A stretch of 32,052 bases of DNA from a virus (Duplodnaviria > Caudoviricetes). Made by a program: the position numbers and the translations under genes. Position 1 is the stretch's first letter; every line of letters starts with the position of its first letter. Under the pieces are notes generated by a model. It ran no database searches. It was not told the DNA's origin and saw nothing but the letters and a program-made list of their open reading frames with translations. The stretch spans positions 1-32,052 of the IMG/VR virus record IMGVR_UViG_3300032295_000405; one strand, 5' to 3'. Positions 5,854-14,932 of this stretch are shown one piece after another.

Positions 5854-7506
5854 TTGGGCAGCCAGACCCCCGCCCATGAGCCTCTCCACGTTACCTCCTC
5901 CTCCCGGTATAAGCGGTTTACCAAGCACGACCCCCGAGTCGTCAAGTTAGCCGAGCGGTTGAAGTCCGACTTCCCCCTATACGCAAAGAAGTTGTTGCGT
6001 ATTGTCAACAAGCAGGGAAAGATCGTCCCCTTCGGGATGAACCGAGGCCAGCTTCTCGTCCACGAGGAGATTGAGTCTCAGCGCCGTGAGACGGGTAAGG
6101 TTCGGGTTCTGATCCTTAAGGCCCGTCAGTTGGGTATCTCGACCTATGTACAGGGGAGATACTTCTGGCGGGTAACGGGTCAGCGGAACAGTTCCGCGTT
6201 CGTGCTATCCCATTTGGCGGAATCGACCTCCAGCATCTTTAGGATGGTCAGCTTCTTCTACGACAAGCTTCAGCACCCCTTCTTCAAACCACCCCTTAAA
6301 AGCCGCTCACAGGGCTTTATAGCCTTCGGCGGGATTGAGTCGCAGTACCGAGTGGGTACGGCGAGAACCGGCCAGACGGGCCGAGGGCAGACTAACCAGT
6401 TCGTCCATGGGTCGGAGGTGGCTTACTACCCCGAAGGCACGGATATCTCGGCTGGCCTCTTACAGACCGTAGGTGACGAGGGGACGGAAGTCATCCTTGA
6501 GTCCACGGCCAACGGCATGTCGGGGTGGTTTTACGAGGCTTGCCTCAAGGCATTGAGGGGTGAGGGTGAGTACAAGCTGATCTTCGTGCCTTGGTTCCTT
6601 CTTCCTGAGTACTCGCGAAAGCCCCCGGGCGACTTTGTCCGGGATGAGGAAGAAGAGATGCTGGCCGAGGAGTATGGGCTGACGGATGCCCAGCTCTATT
6701 GGCGGAGGGCGAAGGTTGCCGAGTTAGGCGATGACCTTTTCCGGCAGGAGTATCCGGCTACCCCCATGGAGGCGTTCCTGACTACGGGACGTACCTTTGT
6801 GGAGCCGAAGTACTTGGATGCTGTACAGGAAGAGGTTTGGTCGCCAACCTTCGTGGGGGATGTGGTTGAGGGGGTTTTTCGGCCTATGGCCGAGGGGCCG
6901 CTCCGAGTCTGGTCGCCTCCCATGGAGGGAGAACGCTATTCGATCGGAGTGGACGTCGCCGAGGGCTTGGAGAACGGCGACTACAGTTGCGCACAAGTTG
7001 TCGATTCCAATGGCAGGCAGGTTGCCTGCTGGCACGGACACGTTGATCCGTGGGAATATGGTGACATCTTGAAATCGTTAGGATACTATTATAAAAAGGC
7101 GTGGCTCTTGGTTGAGAGAAACAACCATGGGTTGACCACTCTGCGTAGATTACAGGATTTGGGCTACCCAAATCTATATGTCGAACAGACGGTCGATCAC
7201 GCTTATGGGGACAAGATGACCCGGAAGGCGGGGTGGCTTACGACGAGTAAGACCAAGCCGCTGATCATCGACAACCTCGCTGCCCTGATTCGTCAGGGTG
7301 AGGCAGGGGTCGCTGATAAGGAATTGCTGGAAGAGTTGAGGACGTACGTCATTGACGCACGGGGCAAGACGAATGCGGCGCATGGGTGCTTTGACGACAG
7401 GGTCGTAGCTTATGCAATAGCAATATTCGGGTTGAACTCCATGCCGCGTCGAGAACGAACGTGGTCTACTAGGCCAGAAATTGCTGACTCAATTGCGGGT
7501 TACTAA
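5854..7506 (+). CDS. terL: Terminase large subunit
   Basis: ILKARQLGIST Walker A, HGSEVA Walker B-like, ESTANG coupling motif, IGVDVAEG and DDRV nuclease motifs; TTG start uncertain. Confidence 0.95.
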   Translation: MGSQTPAHEPLHVTSSSRYKRFTKHDPRVVKLAERLKSDFPLYAKKLLRIVNKQGKIVPFGMNRGQLLVHEEIESQRRETGKVRVLILKARQLGISTYVQGRYFWRVTGQRNSSAFVLSHLAESTSSIFRMVSFFYDKLQHPFFKPPLKSRSQGFIAFGGIESQYRVGTARTGQTGRGQTNQFVHGSEVAYYPEGTDISAGLLQTVGDEGTEVILESTANGMSGWFYEACLKALRGEGEYKLIFVPWFLLPEYSRKPPGDFVRDEEEEMLAEEYGLTDAQLYWRRAKVAELGDDLFRQEYPATPMEAFLTTGRTFVEPKYLDAVQEEVWSPTFVGDVVEGVFRPMAEGPLRVWSPPMEGERYSIGVDVAEGLENGDYSCAQVVDSNGRQVACWHGHVDPWEYGDILKSLGYYYKKAWLLVERNNHGLTTLRRLQDLGYPNLYVEQTVDHAYGDKMTRKAGWLTTSKTKPLIIDNLAALIRQGEAGVADKELLEELRTYVIDARGKTNAAHGCFDDRVVAYAIAIFGLNSMPRRERTWSTRPEIADSIAGY

Positions 7507-9503
7507 TGAATAGAGAAGACGAATATCCAGAGCCGGGCGATCTCGTAGTCGAGAACGGCATGTCTTCGCCGACTGATTCACAGTCCGCTGTATTCAATGA
7601 CCTTGGTTCCCGGCTCCGGGGTCAGTTCGAGACTTGGAAAGATTCCCGCCAGCGCATAGAAGACGAGTGGCTCGTTGACCTTCGCCAGTTCCTTGGCATT
7701 TACGAGCCTGACATCTTGGCGCGTCTCCCGCCCGGACGTTCGCGAGTATATGTTGGCCTTACCAGAACTAAGGTCATGGCCGCTTACTCCCGTATCGTCG
7801 ATTTGCTCTTCCAACCGGGAGAGTATTTTTATTCCATCAACCCTACGCCGCTTCCCACGATCCCCGGCTTGGAAACCAAGCTCATGGTCGAGGCGGCGAA
7901 GGAGATGAAAATGATGACGGGCCTTGACCCGTCACAGGCTCAAGATTTGATCCGGGAACGCACCGAAGAGATCAAGGAGTACATCAAGAAGGAAGCCGGG
8001 GAACGCGCTGAGAAGATGACCGAGGTCATCCATGATCAGACGTCCGAAGCCAATCTCGAGATGAAGCTCAAAGAGACCATCATGGAGATGTGCATCTTTG
8101 GGACTGGGGCGATCAAGGCCGGGACGCTGCGAGTGGAGCGGTCTGGTCACTGGCGTCACAACGGCGACCAGCACGTACTGATTTACGAAGAGCGGATTCT
8201 GCCGGAGATTGAAAGCGTCTCCGTGTTCGACCTTTACCCCGACCCGTTTGCCACCTCGATGCAGGACTCGACCGGCGTTTACCGCCGTCACGTTCTCACG
8301 AAGTCGCAGCTTGCGGAGCTTAAAGCATCGCCGGGATTTGACGATCAGGCGATCGACTACATCATGACGAACTTCCGCCATGGCAACCACCAAGAGTTGC
8401 AGCATGAGCGGGATCGCCGCAGCCTGAGCAATGTTAACGAGTACTCGGAGTCGAATCGATACGAGGTACTCGAATTTTGGGGTGACATCGTCGGCGCGGA
8501 TCTCCGCGATGTCGGAGTTGATATCCCTGATGATGATCTCAACTCTATCTTCTCGGCCAATGTTTGGCTCTGCTCAGACCGCGTTCTAAAGGCGCAGATC
8601 AACCCACTTCCCGGGGCGGAGATTCCTTACAAACTGGCTCCGTACGAGAAGACCCCACACCAGTTCTGGGGCGTCGGCGTACCGCGCCAGATGCGAGACA
8701 GTCAGGTGACGATGAATGCGGCAACCCGCATCTTCATCGACAACATGGCAATTTCCTCTGGCCCCCTCGTTGAAGTCAACACGGATCTGATTGCGGCTGG
8801 TGAAGACCCGACCCAGATCTACCCGTGGCGAATCTTCCTGCGCGAGGGCGGCGATGCTGCCATGCCGATGGTTCGCTTCTACCAGCCCGAGAGTAATGCA
8901 AATGCATTGGGTGGGGTCATCGAGTTGTTCCGTCGGTTCGCCGATGAGACCACCTCGCTCCCCTCCTATACGCATGGCTCTACTTCTGGCGGCATGAACA
9001 AGACTGCCACTGGCATGTCTATGCTCATGGGTGCGGCCAGCATCTCGCTGAAGTCGGTCATCAAGAACATCGATGACTTCCTGCTGGCGCCGATGGTTCG
9101 TGCGTTGTACGATTGGAACATGGCGTGGAACTCTGATGAGAGCATCAAGGGTGACATGCGGATTATTGCGCGTGGATCGACTGCGCTTATCCAGAAGGAA
9201 GTGCAGTCGCAGCGGCTGTTGCAGTTCATGTCGCTCGTCGCAAACCCTGCGATGGGGCAGATGGTGAACTTCGAGGCGCTTATCAAGGATATCGCCAAGT
9301 CGCTCGATATCGACGCGGACAGAATTCTCAAGGAAATGCCGGAGCTGGGAGAAATGAATGGGCTTGAAGCTGACGAAGGATCAGGCGAGGGCGTTGCTGG
9401 AGCTGTCCAGCCACCCTCAGTGGACGGTCTTGTCCAGCCTACTCCGCCTACGCCTCGCCCAATGCCACAAGGCTCTGGAAACAACGGACAACTACCGCTT
9501 TGA
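7506..9503 (+). CDS. Portal protein (P22/podovirus-like)
   Basis: Follows terL; 665 aa; IFGTGAIK, FDLYPDP, FWGVGVP and KTATGMSML motifs of podoviral portals. Confidence 0.9.
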   Translation: MNREDEYPEPGDLVVENGMSSPTDSQSAVFNDLGSRLRGQFETWKDSRQRIEDEWLVDLRQFLGIYEPDILARLPPGRSRVYVGLTRTKVMAAYSRIVDLLFQPGEYFYSINPTPLPTIPGLETKLMVEAAKEMKMMTGLDPSQAQDLIRERTEEIKEYIKKEAGERAEKMTEVIHDQTSEANLEMKLKETIMEMCIFGTGAIKAGTLRVERSGHWRHNGDQHVLIYEERILPEIESVSVFDLYPDPFATSMQDSTGVYRRHVLTKSQLAELKASPGFDDQAIDYIMTNFRHGNHQELQHERDRRSLSNVNEYSESNRYEVLEFWGDIVGADLRDVGVDIPDDDLNSIFSANVWLCSDRVLKAQINPLPGAEIPYKLAPYEKTPHQFWGVGVPRQMRDSQVTMNAATRIFIDNMAISSGPLVEVNTDLIAAGEDPTQIYPWRIFLREGGDAAMPMVRFYQPESNANALGGVIELFRRFADETTSLPSYTHGSTSGGMNKTATGMSMLMGAASISLKSVIKNIDDFLLAPMVRALYDWNMAWNSDESIKGDMRIIARGSTALIQKEVQSQRLLQFMSLVANPAMGQMVNFEALIKDIAKSLDIDADRILKEMPELGEMNGLEADEGSGEGVAGAVQPPSVDGLVQPTPPTPRPMPQGSGNNGQLPL

Positions 9504-9609
9504 ACAGGGTAGGGTCGTTGAGTTACGCGCATTACTTGAGTTAGAGGATTCGGCGAAAGCCGTACTGGAGGCAGCGCATCGGGGAACGACACGCGCTGCT
9601 GAACTTTGA
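9358..9609 (+). CDS. Small head-module protein between portal and scaffold, 83 aa
   Basis: GGGAG SD; L..HPQW..L...R.EQGR...LR.L pattern typical at this locus; overlaps the portal 3' end. Confidence 0.75.
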   Translation: MGLKLTKDQARALLELSSHPQWTVLSSLLRLRLAQCHKALETTDNYRFEQGRVVELRALLELEDSAKAVLEAAHRGTTRAAEL

Positions 9610-9640
9610 TCCGATACGCCTAAAAGGCCCGGAGTTATAA

Positions 9641-10543
9641 ATGGCAAGTAGGAATGATCCAGCGAAGCTGGAAGCTGAAGCAAACGCTCTTGTTGAGCAG
9701 TACAAGAAGGCACAGGAGGAATCCCTGAAGGCTAACGCCCAAGAGGACACTCCACCGCAACCTGAGCCGGAAGAGGTTCAAGAAGAGACTCCCCCTGAAG
9801 AGCCGCAGGAGACGGAGGCTGAGGTTAAGGCCAAGTCGGACGAGGATGATGGTGCGTCCAAGCCCGACGATAACTGGAAGGCGCAGCTTGCCAAAGCGGA
9901 AGACCGCTACAAAAACGCGCAGTCCAGAATGACGAAGGCGATCGAGGAAGCCAAGGCCGCTAAACAAACTAGCGAAACCCTTGCCAATCGAATTGCCCTG
10001 CTTGAGCAAGAACTGGCTCAGAAGCAGGAAGTGCAAGGCCCAGATCCTGAGATAGAAGCATTGGAACGCGACTATCCGGATATCGCCAAGCCGCTTCTTA
10101 AACAGCTTCAGAAGCTTCAGTCAGATCTCAAGCAGACGGCGCAGCTTTATCGGAAGTCTGAGGAAGAGAGAACTTTGGAACTCCATGTCTCTGCTGTGAA
10201 GGCGAAGCATCCCGATTTCGCCGATATCGCGGGAGACGACGGGTTCCAGACATGGCTCGACGGACAGACCGGAACTTGGAAACGGATTGCCAAGAACGGT
10301 ACTGCCGAGGAAGTTATCGAGCTTCTCGACCGATTTAAGAGCGTCACGAATTCTGCACCGAAGGTGGACGTAGTGTCCGAGGCAAAGAAATTGGCAGAGC
10401 CAAAATTGCCGAAGGCGCGAAATCCGAATGTCGGCAACAAGCGAGTCTGGACTCGCGCAGAGATTCAGGGTTTGAACCGCCGTGATTACGAGCGGCTTGA
10501 GTCCGAGATCGACAAGGCGTGGGCCGAGGGTCGTGTACGCTGA
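9641..10543 (+). CDS. Capsid scaffolding protein
   Basis: Acidic Pro/Glu N-terminus, coiled coil, KHPDF motif, C-terminal IDKAWAEGRV; immediately before the capsid gene. Confidence 0.85.
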   Translation: MASRNDPAKLEAEANALVEQYKKAQEESLKANAQEDTPPQPEPEEVQEETPPEEPQETEAEVKAKSDEDDGASKPDDNWKAQLAKAEDRYKNAQSRMTKAIEEAKAAKQTSETLANRIALLEQELAQKQEVQGPDPEIEALERDYPDIAKPLLKQLQKLQSDLKQTAQLYRKSEEERTLELHVSAVKAKHPDFADIAGDDGFQTWLDGQTGTWKRIAKNGTAEEVIELLDRFKSVTNSAPKVDVVSEAKKLAEPKLPKARNPNVGNKRVWTRAEIQGLNRRDYERLESEIDKAWAEGRVR

Positions 10544-10578
10544 CAAGCAGTACAACTCTTTTCTAAAGGTATTTTGAA

Positions 10579-11460
10579 ATGGCTATGAACTTTACGGTCG
10601 CCAATGGCGGCTGGGTTGCGAACAACGCGGCTGGCTTCGTCCCTGATATCTTCTCGAAGAAGCTTCAGGCGAAGTTCTACGCGGCGTCTGTTCTTGAGCA
10701 GGTGACGAACAACGATTACGAGGGTGAGATCTCGGGTCAGGGTTCGAAGGTTGTGATCCGTACGGTTCCGGCGATCACCGTCGCGAACTACACCGGCACG
10801 ATCTCGTATCAGGACGTGACGACCTCGACCATCGAGTTGCTCGTTGACAAGGCCAAGTCGTACGCCTTCAAGGTGGACGATGTGCTGAAGGCCGAAAGCG
10901 ACATCGCTTTCTGGGACGAGGCTGCCCGTGACGCTTCCGAGCAGATGCGCATTGCTGTCGAGACGGACGTTCTCGGTAACATCGTGTCTGGCGTGGCGTC
11001 TGGCAACTCGGTGGACGTGACCACGACCCCGACCGCGTCGAACATCCTCGACCCGATCCTTGAGGCCGCCCGTATCCTCGACGAAGACAACATCCCGGAT
11101 AGCGATCGCTTCCTCGTTGTCTCGCCGAAGGTGATCGAGCTTCTCAAGAAGTCGGATCTGAAGTTCGCGTACCTCACTGGTGACTCGGCTTCGCCGCTGC
11201 GCAACGGCAAGGTTGGCATGATCGACCGCTTCACGGTCTATCAGTCGAACCTCCTCGCCGCTGGTTCGGGCGGTGACGCTGGCAAGCGCCTCTGCTTGGC
11301 TGGTCACAAGAAGTTCGCTTGCTTCGCTTCGCAGTTCACCAACACTGAGACGGTTCGCCTTGAGTCGTCCTTCGGTGATGGCGTTCGCGGCCTGAAGGTC
11401 TATGGCTACAAGGTTGTTCACCCGACCTGTGGCGTGGCCCTCAAGCTGACCGGCATGTAA
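10579..11460 (+). CDS. Major capsid protein (HK97 fold, P22-coat-like)
   Basis: FVPDIFSKKL...NNDYEGEISGQGSKVVI and FGDGVRGLKVYGYKVV motifs; strong codon bias; followed by a terminator hairpin. Confidence 0.92.
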   Translation: MAMNFTVANGGWVANNAAGFVPDIFSKKLQAKFYAASVLEQVTNNDYEGEISGQGSKVVIRTVPAITVANYTGTISYQDVTTSTIELLVDKAKSYAFKVDDVLKAESDIAFWDEAARDASEQMRIAVETDVLGNIVSGVASGNSVDVTTTPTASNILDPILEAARILDEDNIPDSDRFLVVSPKVIELLKKSDLKFAYLTGDSASPLRNGKVGMIDRFTVYQSNLLAAGSGGDAGKRLCLAGHKKFACFASQFTNTETVRLESSFGDGVRGLKVYGYKVVHPTCGVALKLTGM

Positions 11461-11467
11461 TAGGAGA

Positions 11468-11507
11468 GGGGAGGGCATGGGTAACCATGCTCTCCCCGAT
11501 TCTTCTT
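11468..11507 (+). terminator. Intrinsic terminator-like hairpin after the capsid gene
   Basis: GGGGAGGGCATGG-GTAA-CCATGCTCTCCCC (13 bp, one G.U, GNRA loop) followed by a weak T-tract GATTCTTCTT. Confidence 0.75.
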
Positions 11508-11762
11508 ATGGATATCAATGGCATGAGCAAAGACGAACTCTACGAATACGCCAAGGCTAACTTTGGCGTAACGATTGATCGTAGAAAGAAGCTGCAAGAT
11601 TTGCAGAAAGAGGTCGAGGCTCTTGGAAAGCCGAGGATTCAGGTGCAAGATGTGCCTGTCGCTCCAACCAAGAAACTTCGAAACAAACGTACCGGCGTGA
11701 TCTGGGACTGGAACCCTGTGTACGCTGACAACCCTGATTTAGAACCGTATTACGAAGGTTAA
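11508..11762 (+). CDS. Small protein with Rho-N/HeH-like helical motif
   Basis: MSKDELYEYAKANFGVTIDRRKKLQDL pattern; start moved past the hairpin. Confidence 0.7.
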   Translation: MDINGMSKDELYEYAKANFGVTIDRRKKLQDLQKEVEALGKPRIQVQDVPVAPTKKLRNKRTGVIWDWNPVYADNPDLEPYYEG

Positions 11763-11765
11763 AAC

Positions 11766-12458
11766 ATGGCTACGGTAAAAGTGGTTGAGATCATTGACCG
11801 TGCGCAGATCATCCTTCAGGACACGACTGGCACTCGCTGGGCGAAGCAGGAACTTCTGAAGTTCTTCAATGACGCGCAACGCGAGGTTGTCCTTGTTCGC
11901 CCTGACGCGAAGACTGTAAACACGACTTTCAATTGCGCTGCTGGGTCGAAGCAAACGCTTCCCTCTGCTGCGCTTCGCTTGCTTGATGTTGTTCGAAATG
12001 TTAGCGGCAAGGCGATTCGCCAGATTGACCGGCGAATCATGGACGATCAGCTTCCGGATTGGCACAACACGCCGATCGTTGGCACGAATCTGATTGAGCA
12101 TTACATCTATAACCCGCTCGATCCGAAGACGTTCTACCTTTACCCGAAGCCGACGAACGTGGCCGCTATCGAAATCGTTTATAGCTCCTCCCCTACGACG
12201 GTTACGTCAACCGGAGGCCCGAACGATCTTGCAGATATTGCGACGACCGTCATCGACATCGACGACATCTACGCAAACGCGATTCTCGACTACCTTTTGT
12301 ATCGCGCTTACTCGAAAGATTCCGAGTACGCCGGGAATGTGGCCCGTGCGCAAGCGCATCTTCAGGCGTTCCAGAACTCGCTTGGCATCAAGACGCAGTC
12401 CGATTCGGCATCCACCCCGCGTCCGCGAATCCCTCCGGGGCAGGCGGCACAGGGCTGA
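11766..12458 (+). CDS. Head-tail adaptor protein (DUF6682-like)
   Basis: RAQIILQD...RW...ELL.FFNDAQRE...RPDA, FYLYPKP and YRAYSKDSEYA motifs; position after capsid. Confidence 0.8.
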   Translation: MATVKVVEIIDRAQIILQDTTGTRWAKQELLKFFNDAQREVVLVRPDAKTVNTTFNCAAGSKQTLPSAALRLLDVVRNVSGKAIRQIDRRIMDDQLPDWHNTPIVGTNLIEHYIYNPLDPKTFYLYPKPTNVAAIEIVYSSSPTTVTSTGGPNDLADIATTVIDIDDIYANAILDYLLYRAYSKDSEYAGNVARAQAHLQAFQNSLGIKTQSDSASTPRPRIPPGQAAQG

Positions 12459-12508
12459 TATCAAATTCCCAAGCGGGAAATTTAAGGGCTGAAACGGGGT
12501 AAGGCAGA

Positions 12509-13144
12509 GTGAAATATACCGATCTAGCAAACAAAGTCCTGCTGGAAGTTCCGGGATGCCCTGTCTTTTCGATCGCGCAATGCCTTAAGGATGCGGCGAT
12601 TGAGTTCTGCATCAAGACCGACATCTGGATTCAGCCAATTGAAGACGCGATTGTTCCGGCTGGCACGAACGAAATCGACCTGAGTCCTCCGGCTGGCGCT
12701 GAGATCAATCACGTTCTCGGCGTCTACCGGAATCGCGGGACGACCGCCTCGCCGAGCTACGAGAAGCTGTCCCCCGTAACGCCGGTAGACATCTTCATGG
12801 CGGCTGGCAGCGGCCCTGCTCGCGTGTACACGATGAACGACAGCGACACCATTACGGTGGCTCCGACGCCTTCCGTGAGCGAGACGCTGTATGTCCTGTA
12901 CTCGCTCAAGCCGTCTCAGAGCAGCACCTCGATCCCCGATTACATCGCGAACGAGAACTCTGAGACGCTCATCAAGGGTGCGTTGTACCGGCTTCAGATT
13001 CAGCCCCAGAAGGTCTGGTCTGATCCGGATCGCGCTGGAATGAACAAGATTCTTTTCGACAAGGCGCTTGGGATTGCGATTCGCAAGTCTAAGCACGGCT
13101 ATGCTGGCGGCGCGTTGTCGGTTGCACCTAGGGAGTTCGTATGA
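12509..13144 (+). CDS. Second adaptor / tail tubular A-like protein
   Basis: EVPGCP...AAIEFC..T.IW and VAPTP...YSLKP...IPD motifs; synteny. Confidence 0.7.
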   Translation: MKYTDLANKVLLEVPGCPVFSIAQCLKDAAIEFCIKTDIWIQPIEDAIVPAGTNEIDLSPPAGAEINHVLGVYRNRGTTASPSYEKLSPVTPVDIFMAAGSGPARVYTMNDSDTITVAPTPSVSETLYVLYSLKPSQSSTSIPDYIANENSETLIKGALYRLQIQPQKVWSDPDRAGMNKILFDKALGIAIRKSKHGYAGGALSVAPREFV

Positions 13145-13509
13145 GCTATAGCGCAACCATCCCCCTCGTAGAGGGAGATACCCTTCCGGTTCTTTATCTG
13201 AACCTGAAGGACAGCAACTCCGCCGCTGTCGGCCAGATTCTTGACGAAAGCGACCCGAACACTTGGCAGGCAATTGACCTGACCGGCGCGACGGTTCGTC
13301 TAAAGATTCGCGAGGTCGGCTCAACAACCATTAAGACGACTATTACCGGCTCCGTAACGGACGCCGTTAATGGCCGCGTCGCGTTTCAGTGGAACTCTCA
13401 AGCTTTGGACGCCGCTGGCGTGTACGAGGCTGAGATTGAGATGCAGAATGGGTCAGGAATTCAGACGGTTTACGATCTCATCAAGTTGCGCGTTCGCTCT
13501 GACTTCTAA
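13141..13509 (+). CDS. BppU N-terminal-like Ig-fold virion protein
   Basis: GDTLP...IDLTGATV.L...DAVNGRV.F.W...AGVYEAEIE pattern. Confidence 0.7.
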   Translation: MSYSATIPLVEGDTLPVLYLNLKDSNSAAVGQILDESDPNTWQAIDLTGATVRLKIREVGSTTIKTTITGSVTDAVNGRVAFQWNSQALDAAGVYEAEIEMQNGSGIQTVYDLIKLRVRSDF

Positions 13510-14462
13510 TGATTCGTGTTGTCCTCGATATCCCAAAAGCTGCACCAGATGTGGAGTTCCAGAAACTCCGCACTGAGCCGCTTCATATCTACGCGAGGGC
13601 GACTACTCAATACGTAAATCTTCGGGACTCCGCTGATTACGTAAATCTCAAGAACACGGTCACGTTCGTCAACGCTTATGCGTTGTCGAGCTACGTTCAG
13701 CTTGCGGCGGCCAATGTGTTCGCCGACCCGACCCCGCCAGATCGCTGGGTCAACGACACTATTCAAGTTCCCGCCGATCAGGCGTTCTTGATATTCGACA
13801 AGAACCTTGTCGATGCGGTTAATGCCCTTGATGCATCGACACTTGATTTTGGCCTAGGCATCGGCGACCTTTTTGGCGTATACGATTTCAGCCGATTCGA
13901 CGCTGGCAAGCATATCTCGGATCAGACTGATGGGTTTTCCGAGCTTCTTGCGTTTGACACCTCCAAGGGGTTCTCTGATCTCTACTCGGCGATAGATGCT
14001 GTTTCCAAAGGCTTTGAAAAGTCTTTGGAAACGTCTAACGGCACTACAGACAGCGCAAGGATATCTTCAGGCAAGTCATTGTCTGATGAGTTCCCGCAGA
14101 TTGACGAGATAATCCTAGACTTTGGATTATCACTCTCTGACTTGCAGTCAGTCGAAGAAGCCCACTCACTGGAAACTTCAAAGGGGGCTTCGGAAAATGT
14201 AGTATTCGGGGACGGGATTTCTTCTGTTTTCTCGACCCATAGGGCGGACGAGACGTCTGCCATTGATAACTTTTCATACCTCGCCTTTTTTGGCAGAACC
14301 GAAGATGACGTTGAGTATGCAATAGACGACTCTTTGCTGGAGTTCGGAAAGAATCCCAGCGAATCGTTGGCCGCATCGGACTCCGGCTACGCAAGGATGA
14401 CGGATTATGCCGACATCACTTACTTCGCCGAAGACTATGTTGGTTCTTCTTTCTACTTCTGA
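13509..14462 (+). CDS. Acidic virion protein with about 18-aa tandem repeats
   Basis: Repeating (F/S)GKxxSD-like units; C-terminal YFAEDYVG; structural module context. Confidence 0.75.
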   Translation: MIRVVLDIPKAAPDVEFQKLRTEPLHIYARATTQYVNLRDSADYVNLKNTVTFVNAYALSSYVQLAAANVFADPTPPDRWVNDTIQVPADQAFLIFDKNLVDAVNALDASTLDFGLGIGDLFGVYDFSRFDAGKHISDQTDGFSELLAFDTSKGFSDLYSAIDAVSKGFEKSLETSNGTTDSARISSGKSLSDEFPQIDEIILDFGLSLSDLQSVEEAHSLETSKGASENVVFGDGISSVFSTHRADETSAIDNFSYLAFFGRTEDDVEYAIDDSLLEFGKNPSESLAASDSGYARMTDYADITYFAEDYVGSSFYF

Positions 14463-14476
14463 CAGAGGCTAATTAG

Positions 14477-14920
14477 ATGAAAGCTTTCGAAGACATCAAG
14501 GTTAGCGGTCGGCTCCAGATCAAGATTTTCGACGAAAGTGGAAATCTGAAGGACGAGCGTGACCTCAAAAACCTCGTCGTAACCACCGGCAAGAACTTCA
14601 TTGCTTCTCGCATGGTTGGCACGGCATCTGCGGTCATGAGCCACATGGCTGTCGGCTCCGGAACCGCCTCCCCCGTAGTTGGCGATACCGCCCTCGGCGG
14701 CGAGCTTGGCCGCGCTTCGCTGACCAGCGGAACCGCGACCAACGCGGTTGCGACCTACGTTGCCACCTTCAATGCCGGAATCGGCACAGGCGCGGTGACC
14801 GAGGCGGGTCTTTTCAACTCTGGCGTGGGCGGAACCATGCTCTGCCGTACCGTGTTCGCAGTCGTGAACAAGGGTGCTGCCGACACGATGACGGTGACTT
14901 GGACTGTAACGATCTCCTAA
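14477..14920 (+). CDS. Virion structural protein, tail-collar/fibre-base-like
   Basis: NLVVTTG...SHMAVGSG...DTALGGEL.R...VTEAGLFN motif; capsid-like codon bias. Confidence 0.75.
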   Translation: MKAFEDIKVSGRLQIKIFDESGNLKDERDLKNLVVTTGKNFIASRMVGTASAVMSHMAVGSGTASPVVGDTALGGELGRASLTSGTATNAVATYVATFNAGIGTGAVTEAGLFNSGVGGTMLCRTVFAVVNKGAADTMTVTWTVTIS

Positions 14921-14932
14921 TAGGGGAAAGGC

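Noticed and set aside
5740-5856. terS and terL are in the same frame, suggesting readthrough or ribosomal bypass fusion
   Set aside because: Two more in-frame stops (5788, 5800) intervene, and the nearest in-frame matching CAT codon is followed by a stop two codons later
10486-11478. 330-aa antisense ORF over the capsid gene, and similar ones over the portal, 12524-13327 and the fibres
   Set aside because: Shadow ORFs expected from strong GC-rich codon bias on the coding strand
11430-11510. Capsid frameshift or readthrough extension
   Set aside because: Gene ends in tandem TAA TAG with no slippery heptamer; the hairpin is better explained as a terminator
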